A model generated the notes under the pieces. It was not told where the DNA came from. It made no database searches and saw only the letters and a program-made list of their open reading frames with translations. A stretch of DNA of 64,000 bases from Pavona decussata (Eukaryota). Made by a program: the position numbers and the translations under genes. Positions 40,421-50,770 of this stretch are shown here, in pieces; the first letter of the stretch is position 1; each line of letters starts with the position of its first letter. The stretch spans positions 496,001-560,000 of the forward strand of contig CDRNST010000070.1 in assembly GCA_977016875.1 (NCBI GenBank). The letters are read 5' to 3'.

Positions 40421-43400
40421 TCCCCATGTCTTGATTTTTGTTTCTTAAGTCCTCTACATAATGCAAGTCGTCTTTGAACCTATTTTAACATTTAAAGTTC
40501 CCAACTCAGAGTCAAAATTCTCCCTGGATTTTATTAATTATCTCACAAATTTGATTTTCGGTTAAAATGTTTGCCTCACGCTTCAGGTAGTAAAAAAGTG
40601 AGAGAAAGGAGAGATTGATCTCTGTTCATTAGTATAAACCTAAAAGAAAATTACCCTAAACCTATCGTATCTTAAATCAAATTCGCACACTAAATGATAT
40701 AAATAATTATTTTTGTTGAGTACCTTGAGTATGACAGTTTTTCACTGGCTCTGGCAATTATGAGCGTGCTACTTCTTTTCCCTTTGCCACAAAACGATTG
40801 AAATTATTGCCAAAGCTCCATGCAGAGAATAACCTAGTTTGTTTCAGCTTATCAAGTCATCTACCAGATATGTAATTACTGTGATTGCTGGTTGCGTATT
40901 TTTCTTTTGTGCATGGCTCTATTAATCGCCTTAGGAAATTGTTTCGATTGCAACCTTAGGGCCGCAGCTTGGCACAGTCTGTGTGTTATACTTAAGTTTT
41001 TCACACTCCAGTGAAGAGGTGCTCTACAAGGACTCAGTTAAAAAGATAAGTATTAAATATTGAACAATTTTACTAAGTACAATTATGCAAGACAATTGTT
41101 ACTTTATGAGGAAACAAGAACAGCGTCTGGCCCATCATCCTGATCTTGTGTTATGCCTTCGTTTGAGCTGACAGAGCTTCGCATCTGGTGAACCCGGCCG
41201 ACGATTCTTCCATAGAATTTTCAAAGTCCCCTGGGTCATAGCTGCATATAATGGTAAATTTAAGAATTAGCCTGCAAGCTGGGATTTGTTTTGAATATAG
41301 TTTGAGAGAAAGTCCATCGCAAACAATCATAGTTGGTATAAACCGAGAGAAAAACGTCTACTGTACATAGCAACACCGAAGGCCTCATACCTGTGAACCA
41401 ATACCAGAGCAGCATTTTCCATGAATGCGGCGTTCGTTCTGTTAATTTGTACGTAGATAGTTCGTTGCTTGAAGTCATCCCTCCTCTCTCCCCTCAATTA
41501 CCATCTACAAATTTTGATAATGATGTTTAATGGCGCGTTGTTTGAAGACATTAACTACGAATATTGATAGAAAGGGAATTGAATAGCTCCATTACTGAGC
41601 AGCGAAAATTATCCACACCGTCAAAGTAAAAAGAAATTCGGAATATAAGAGTTAGGCTTATATTTGTGCAAGGGGTTTCTTGGAGCTTATTTTTCTTGGG
41701 GGATTACTTTCGTAAGGGATCAATAATTGCTGGAAGGACTTTTTATTCCAATATTGGTTGAGTTTGACAACAAAAACATGGGCGGCTTAAAACACTAAGC
41801 TAAGATCGTACAACAGCTACACTAGTACGTTGACGGTCCGCGAGGGTTTGCATGTTATCGAGAGGATACTGCGACCCGGGATTTGGTGGGCTTTTTTTGG
41901 GGGGGGAGGGGGGGGGATTATTTTAATTTTCAAATGGGTTTACGTACATATCAGTCTGGAATAAGTACCTTTGAGTCACTTCTGCTCTTGTTTAAGCAAC
42001 TACCATTGCGTCAACACAGCTGTCCTCGAGACGGAATCCGGCCTTTGTAAAGCTGTAACAACAACGATAATTGGTTAAGTTCTGACTTCTCCAACATGAA
42101 TTTAAGCTAGATAACTGATGCAACTGACATTAATCAAGGCCAACATAAGCAAAGGAATTATGTTGCGGAAACATCAGAAACAGCTTTGCTTTTTACCCGT
42201 TTTTGCCGTTTGTGGACGCAGACTCGGCAACGTTTACTGTGGATGTTTACTGAATTCTTTACACGAATCAAACAAATCCTTGTAGCCGTGGGTTACCGAG
42301 CTAGTAGACTATTGAAATTTTGGAATCACAAGAAAATATTTAAGTGAAAAAGGTAATACACTCGGACCTAACGCTAAACTATAACAGCTATCATGGCTAT
42401 CTTCCAGCAATAACTTATTTGATTCACGCAAGATTAGCAAAATATAGTTTTTTAGTGCCGGAAAAGGGGTGACATACAGTAAATACAACCCCATAAGTTT
42501 TTCTTTTTAACTTGATTGGCTGGGAAAAGCTGATTTTTGCTATAATTGGTTAGACACGCCACTACGTATTTTTTAACCAAAGCCCCAGCACTAGTCCACA
42601 CCGCGGGTTCCCGCGCGCCGTGCGTCTTGAATTTCGGTTCTGTAATTCGCATCTCCTCTTTACATTCATTTTGATTCTTAATTTCTACTTTAACAGATTT
42701 AAATTATAAGTATCATAATTTAGAAGTGAAGGGCCATTTAACTTAATGAGAAAAACGGAAATACCCAGTAATTTTGAGTCATGAGCGTTGATCACTTAGT
42801 TCCTTGAACAGAGGCCAACCTCAACAATCGCAAACAAAAGCGGATTAAAAACGTTTTAATCAGGGCTCTCATGACGTACCTATAAATTCGCATCTTGCGT
42901 CTTTCTAAAGCCCTTTTACTTGAATTTTAATACTTCACAGCGAGTGTAACTACGCTTTCGTCGTTGTTCACTATTTAATCGGTAGCTTGTTTATAACGTT
43001 GTATCAACTACTCTAAAAAATATCTCACCAGTTCTGGTTCTCAACAAATAATTTCCGATGCGCGCCTTTTTAAAAACTCTCATTTCAGTGTTGAAAATCC
43101 TTGGGAAACGCGCGATTCCTTTATGGCGCATGGATACGAGTTTGAGTCTTGAAATCAGTACAGTACCTGTGTTTCACTATCATATTGAGTGATTATCCTT
43201 TTATCATCCGAACTTGCTGTCCACAAACTGAAGGACTCTGGAGCTGGTCGTCCTCATTTCAGGCCGCGTTGAACTGTAAGAATAAAGTTACAGAGGCATC
43301 ATTATTCCTATCCTCAGTTGCTTTAGTTCTAACAAAACACTCTCACCTTTCCCGGATTTTAAAACGAGCATGCATTTCACTGATCATAACATGAGAAGGG

Positions 43401-45537
43401 TACAAACTTGGAAAGATCGCATCAATTTCATTTGAATTGAGGAGATTAAATACTAGCAAAATTGAAGAAGCGCATTTAAAATTCTTCTCCCCTCTGTGCC
43501 CAATTTCATAGATTCAGACAGTCGTCATATTACGTTTCAACCATTTGCAGATCAGGTAATGATAATTAAATGCAACAATGGGAATCTACTTTTACAAAGT
43601 GCCATGCATGTCAACCCTTCTTGGAATTGATGACCGCTGACTCGTACCTGTAATTAGTATGCATGGTTGCGAGTTTGAGTCACTCTTGTATCGAGGAATT
43701 ATCCTTTTAACATCCAAACTGGCTGTCCTTCAAGTGAAGCTTGTCGTCATTATCTGCGTCGAACTGTAAGAATAAAGTTTGTTGAGTCATTTTCAGTTAG
43801 TTGCTACAAAACTTCCCCTTCCAACTCCCTGGGGAAGGATGACTTGATGCAAAGCGGATTAGTTTTTTTAAGACGAACATTTTCCTAATCATAGCATGAA
43901 AAGAAAGTAAATTTCAAAAGATGGACGAATTTTATTTACACCGAGATCAAATGTTAGCGTTAAATGAAGCAGTGCGTTGACAAAAACCGTCAGTCTTACG
44001 CCGGTGCACAAATTTCATAGGTCCGCATAGTCCTCAATAACATTTCAAGCGTTTGTTCTAGATCAGGTAAAGGTAATGTAACAATTGGGTTCTCCCATGA
44101 AAAAATGTTATGCGATTTCAATTCTTTAGAGTTAATGTACCTGTGATTCCTATGTCGTCTTCGCTCATCCAGCCATCCTATGGTCTGATTCCTAAACAAG
44201 ACCTTTTGTACGGTAGGTAAGTGGAAGTTCAGGAACTGGAATATTCTTTGCTAGCTTCTGTTGCTTCTGTTCAATGTGTAGAACTTGGACTGCAAGCAAG
44301 AAAGTCAGTTGAACCCTCCTCTGTCTCCTTCTTCTTCAACAAAATGTAGACTCGCAACTTCTTTTCTTATCTGAACAATCATCTGCAACAATCCACTTGT
44401 GAATAAAACTGTTTACAAGATAAGGGGCAGCATATAAATGAAGTAAGATCATTGGCAATTAAGCACGGCCACAAATCAGTACAATTATTAAGCCTGCAAA
44501 AATTAATTTCATTAGTAATAATCAAAGATTACGAAGTGCGTTCGATGATCTCGATCCTAGGCTCTCTCACCTTTGCCAAAGTTGCTGATGATGACATCCT
44601 CCCCTGCAAAATCTGCGGTGGATACCAGATACGCGTTCCAAGATCCATTGATTCGTTGATTGTCCCATACAATCTCGACTCCAGACGAAATTAGGAGTGC
44701 GTTCTTTCTTCGACGAACGCAATTATCGCGCACGTGTCAGCTGCGCCGCGTACGTCCTCTCGCAATTGCAGGCGTTGCGCGGTTCACTCTCTCTCACACA
44801 CTCTCGCGCACTCACTCCACAGACACACACAACTACTGACACAAACAACAAGTATAACAAATACAACAAACACTACATATATGGGAGAGGAAGTAATTAG
44901 AATCTGAAGACGGTAGGATATAGTAGCGTAAGGCTCTAGCGTTTAGAAAGAACAGAATTGAGCCTTGCATGGGACATGGTGTATGAGGAGAGAAAATTGC
45001 CCTTAGGGACGTCAGTTAGAAATTAAGAGACAAGAGAGGATTCAGAGTCCACACGAAGATTAAAAAGGTACTCTAAAAGGTAATAAGAAAACTCAAAGTG
45101 AATGATACAAAATCATATTGCATGATAGAGGAGAGGAATGCTATTAAGTTGGAACTCTAAAAGGTACCATGTGGAGTATGAGTAAGCCCAAAGTGGTACA
45201 ATGTTGATTAAGCAGAGGGATTGTATTGTGTCCAGAACTACTGGAGACAGACGGTAGTGTCTTCTGGGATTCAACATTTTGAGCCAGCGCGACAGCCCGG
45301 CTTTGTTGTTGTTCTTGTCTTCGACGAAAACAACAACAAAGGCTGGGAAAAACAGAACAGTAATGTCCGCTATTGAAAGCAGGAACTTTCTCTGCACACG
45401 TTGCAACTATGTCGCTTCGATCTATGTAGTCTCCTGATCCATATGCGTCAATGAAGTAGAAACCGATATACATCTACGTACATTTGGAAGGCAATGTGGC
45501 TTTTTAAAGTCGCAGTCCATGACGCTTACAAGTATTT

Positions 45538-48530
45538 CAATAAGAAGAGCAAATACGACGAGAAGACCGAATGATGGTATAGCAAGATTGCAAAAGATGA
45601 TAACGACATTTCCGCGCGATTACCGGTTTGTCGATGGTTTGCATAACCGGAGTCGATGAGCATGCATTTGCCGTGTAGGGCATGATAAGGTATCGAAAAA
45701 GATCGCAAAAAACGATGGATGATGGACTGCAATAAACACAGTGCGCATTTATGTACAGTTTGTGGTACCAACATCGATTGCAGAAAACAATGGACGATGG
45801 ACAGCAATATTTTGAATACGGAGCGCATTTATGAACAGTTTGCGGCACCAACACCGATTGTACAAAGCAACGCGTGTAGATAGACCGCATAAGAGACTAT
45901 AAGATTGCAGAAGACGATGGATGATGGACTGCAATAAACACAGTGCGCATTTATGTACATTTTATGGTACCAACATCGATTGCAGAAATCAAGTAGAAGG
46001 ATCGCATAAGAGACTACAAGATGGCAGAAGACGATGGAAGATGGACAGCAATACTTTGAAGAAATACGGAGCGCATTTATGGACAATTTATGGCTTCAAC
46101 ATCGATTGTACGAAGCAACGCGTGTAGATAGATCGCATAAGAGACTATAAGATTGCAGAAGACGATGGATGATGGACAGCAATATTTTGAAGAAACACGG
46201 AGAGTATTTATATACAATTTATGGCTTTAACGTCGATTGTACGAAGCAACGCGTGTAGATAGATCGCATAAGAGACTATAAGATTGCAGAAGACGATGGA
46301 TGATGGACTGCAATATTTTGAAGAAATGCGGAGCGTACTTATGAACAGTTTACGGCACCAACATCGATTTAGCGAGGCAATGCGCGTAAGACAGGCGGCT
46401 TGTTTGCGAAAGATTACGGATACGAGTCTGCGTTGATAAGGCGGATATGGAAATGAACTGCGGTACAAAATAGCGAATTACAGGTCGTATAGGAAATTCC
46501 GTGGAAAAACGCGCAACCGCACCGCCTGCATAACGATGGCGTTAAGCTCCCAATTTTGTGTATAACTTACCCAAGGGAATAATAGAAATGTGACAGAGAA
46601 CAAAGCCGTTTACGGTTTACAGAAGATGATGATGCAGGTAGATGACCAGTGCGTGCGAAACGATGAGTGCCCACAGTTTTGAACAGATAGGCACCGAATT
46701 GGATTGCAAAAACGAAAATCATGCGTCTGGTCAGTTATAGGTTATATCGAAAACATCGAAAAACACGCAATTGTTTATTGCTTATAAGATATGTTGCATG
46801 CATGAAGAGTGAACAAGGCACGATGGAAAGGGTAGGTGGATCGAACTCCATAAGCGATGGAAGTTATACAGCCATTTTGCGAATAAACTGCAAATTTATA
46901 ACGGACGAATGCACGCGCGTCTGTGTGGATTTAGTTCCAAAATGATTTGCACAACTGAAAGCGGTAAAAGAATCACAGCTCGTGTAGATGTACATGAAAC
47001 AAACGCGCAACCGTCAACCGGCGTCTGTAGCATGCATAAGTTAACGCATGCAAGTAAATTGCGTACGAAACGTCTAATGGTATAGATGAGTAGATAAACT
47101 TGAATGTTGACGAGATTGAAAGCTCCGATTTGAAGCATGAGGTAGCAAAGACGATCGCAAAATTTGAGTGATTGATAGATTGTGAGTGTATAAGAGAAAA
47201 GCGTGAAGCATTTATGAGAGTGCTAACTTTCAGCATGGTCAGAACATCCATCACGTTACTTCTACTTGGTGCTCCGTGTTTTGAAAAAAATGTATTGGTT
47301 ACACGACGACGAAAAGGCACCAAACTAGGTTGCGCAATAAGAAGAGTGAATGCGGTGAGAAGACAATGGTGGTAAAAAGATTGCAAAAGATGGTAACGAC
47401 GGCTGCGCGCGGTTACCGGTATGTCGATGGTCTGCATAGCGAATTGATGAGCATGCATTTGCACACGGTACGGCATGATAAGGCATCGAAGACGATGGAT
47501 GATGGACAGCAATATTTTGAAGAAACACGGAGTGTATTTATGTACAATTTATGGCTTCAACATCGATTGTACGAAGCAACGGGTGTAGATAGATCGGATA
47601 AGAGACTATAAGATTGCAGAAGACGATGGATGATGGACCGTAATATTTTGAAGAAATACGGAGTGTACTTATGAACAGTTTACGGCACCAACATCGATTT
47701 CACGAGGCAATGCGCGTAAGAAAGGCGGCTTGTTTGCGAAAGATTACGGATACGAGTCTGCGTAGATAAGGCGGATATCGAAATGAACTGCGGTACAAAA
47801 TAGCGAATTACAGGTCGTATAGGAAATTCCGTGGAAAAAACGCGCAACCGCGCCGCCTGCATAACGATGACGTTAAGCTCCCAGTTTTGTGCATAACTTA
47901 CCCAAATTAAGGGAATAATGGAAATGTGACAGAGAACAAAGCCGTTTACGATTTACAGAAGATGATGATACAGGTAGCTGACCAGTGCGTGCGAAACGAT
48001 GAGTTCCCACAGTTTTGAACATATATAGGCACCGAATTGAGTTGCAAAAACGAAAATCATGCGTCTGGTCACTTACAGGTTATATTGAAAACATCGAAAA
48101 ACACGTTATTGTTTATTGCTTGCAAGATATGTTGCATGCATGATGAGTGAACAAGACAAAATGGATAGGGTAGGTGGATCGAACTCCATAAGCGATGGAA
48201 GTTAGGCAGCCATTTTGAGAATAAAAGACAAATCTATAACGGACGAATGCACGCGCATCTGTGCGGATTTAGTTCCAAAATGATTTGCACAACTGAAAGC
48301 GGTAAAAGAATCACAGTTCGTGTAGATGTGCATGAAACAAACGCGCAACCTGTCACTGAACCGTCTGTAGCCTGCAAAGTTAACGCATGCAAGTAAATTG
48401 CGTAGGAGACGTCTTATGATATAAATGAGTTGATAAACTTGAATGTTGACGAGATTGAAAGCCCTGATTTGGGGCATGAGGCAGCAAAGATGATCGAAAA
48501 ATTCGAGTTATTGATAGATTGCGAGTGTAT
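45538..48530 (+). repeat. Tandem duplication (copy A ~45538-47195, copy B ~47335-48530) containing a ~130-bp subrepeat array
   Basis: 46289-47195 aligns to 47619-48530 (offset ~1330); 45538-45720 aligns to 47335-47500. The gaagacgatggatgatggac...gagactataagattgca unit repeats ~6 times in copy A and 2 times in copy B. Confidence 0.9.
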
Positions 48531-48899
48531 ACGAAATGATGGCGAAACATCGAAGGAGAAATCGAAGATGATGATGACTGAGGTTGAATATGGGACGACA
48601 CAAACCTGCACAACGATTTCGAAATGAAGTAGTCGATGCCAATTTACTGTAGTCAGTATGTAGCTGAGGCGTTTGAAATCTGGACATTCCTAAGTATTCT
48701 TAAGACTGAGATGAAGCGTTGCTGATTGGTGGTTAACTTGGCTGAAAAGGATATTAGTAGCATGTCTGACGCAGCCAGGCAAGTGAGGTGCCAAGGGAAA
48801 AGGCAGTGAACTCCACCTAGGTTTCAGTTGCAGTTTGGTCCCATGAACCTTTGTGTTAGACATCTTGGAACTTGGAGATATCTAGTTTCTTGCAAGCTA

Positions 48900-50515
48900 C
48901 CTGTAACGAAATAGTTAGTACAAGGTGATGATGATGATGAAGAAGGGGATGGTGGGGCTGGGAGTGACGCTGAATTTGATGAATGGAAATAATTATGAGT
49001 TTTCAGTGGCAACAAAACGACTCAATTCATAGCTACTGAAAACAGAGTTGCAGAAGGCTGCAATTTACAGTCACTGAGGACTGCTAGGGAAAGGTTGTGA
49101 AAACACAAGCACTCAGCTCAAACCCCTTAGGAGTAGTTTAAACCAAACAAGGCAGGCGTTCAACCAAGAGGATGTCAGTGAAACGGGAACCAGTTACACC
49201 TTACACTGAAAACGTTTTGTTTCCTTTCAAGCTCGTAATAACGTCATTCACTCACCAGGTCATAAGAGTAACTCAGTGTAATGATTGTGAACTAGACATT
49301 GCACAGGAATAGGACTGTCATTCAAGTCTATGGCAGTGAAGAAAAGAAAGGATAAGAAGACAAGCGAATTCATTCCTGGCATTGATTAGTGGAAGATTTA
49401 AGCGGTGAGGTGAACAACTCTCAAGTGGGAGACCTGACATACAGCAGCACCTGACTCTCCAGGTCGTGGGGCTTTGTGACCGTATTTTCAGTCGACAGTA
49501 GAAGAGGATTGAGCTGAGTTAGAGCACTTACAGAACTTTGAAATCAAGCACTTCCGGTATCAAGAAGAAACGAATGTAATAAGCCCGTGTTAAGTAAGGG
49601 GCATTTCAGAAGTAAAGGATAAAAAAACACCCAAGTTCAAAGTAAGTTATAAGAGGATAGAGCAAGAAAGCTGTTGTCTTCCCGTTTTGGCAGTGCAGTA
49701 ATCTTAGAACTGAAGAAGGAACTTCAAGATGAACTTGAAAAAATAGAGCCAAAAACCAGCAAGGGCTGATAAGGAAACACTCTCAGGTCAGTTTGAATAT
49801 CTTGGCAACATCAGGAAAAATTTGCTTTTAGGCAAAGATCATTTTCCAGAAAGCAGTGAGAAGTTACACAACTTAACAAAGAAGATAAACAGGAGCATGA
49901 GCGGTAACAATTAAGAATCTGAGACAAGTCAGTTTTTAAGATGGAGCAGAGAAATTTAAAGGGGCACAGAAAGGTTGACCTTTAAAGCCAGATTGCCGGG
50001 GCCACAAAATTATCAAGATTAAACTCTCACGGAAAGAATACTGATGAGAGTAGGAGCAGCAAAGAAAACTTTTTCTTTAGGAAAAAAACGAAAACGGAAA
50101 TTCAATCGAACCATAGATAGACCAATTTACAAAGAAGTGAAGCATTTGGATCGGTGAAGACTTCAAGCCTTCACAGGCGCCATTGATAAAGCGTATACAC
50201 AGTGGAAGAAAGGGGTGAAATGGGAAGACAGTAAGATAAAGAAATAGAGAAGAAAAGGGACGAAAAGAAAGAGAAAAGGAAGGCGGGATGCTGTCAAAAA
50301 GCAAACCATTAAAGGTGGAAAAAAATCCATGAAAGGGCTCAAGGCGTGTAAAAGAAATCTAAGGTGGGTTTTGAAAAGGGTTTGACCAGGCAGCGTTTAG
50401 ACGTCGATGTAGCGACGAGCTGCAAAGTCTGAAGTGAAAAAGTTTATTGTAGACCACATGTGGCACCAGATCCACGTCACAGATGCAGAAGAGACCACAG
50501 CAAGTACAATCTGAA
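48900..50515 (+). pseudogene. Decayed long ORF of unknown family
   Basis: Purine-rich plus strand with long stretches readable as protein between scattered stops and frameshifts (e.g. AVILELKKELQDELEKIEPK, GKKRKRKFNRTIDRPIYKEVKHLDR*RLQAFTGAIDKAYTQWKKGVKWED). No recognisable domain. Confidence 0.4.
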
Positions 50516-50770
50516 GTATGCATGAATACATCCGGTGAAGAATTCCCTTCCTTTTTAGCTTGTTTCTTCTCTCTTTCTCCCAGGTCAGTTAATATGTTTG
50601 TCGGTCTTCTGTTCTTCTGGAATTCTTCACACCTTCACAACTCTTTTGAAGGCCTTTGCTTCTTTCCTTGTGGTCTTGTGCTACAGCTTCCATGCAGGTT
50701 CGTCTTGTCACGGCAAAGTGGTCTTTATAAATTATTACTGTTTATTTTCCTAAGTAACTACTCACTAAAA

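Noticed and set aside
45526-48627. Cluster of Cys-rich minus-strand ORFs
   Set aside because: They are translations of the 130-bp subrepeat in shifting frames; the unit length is not a consistent multiple of three.
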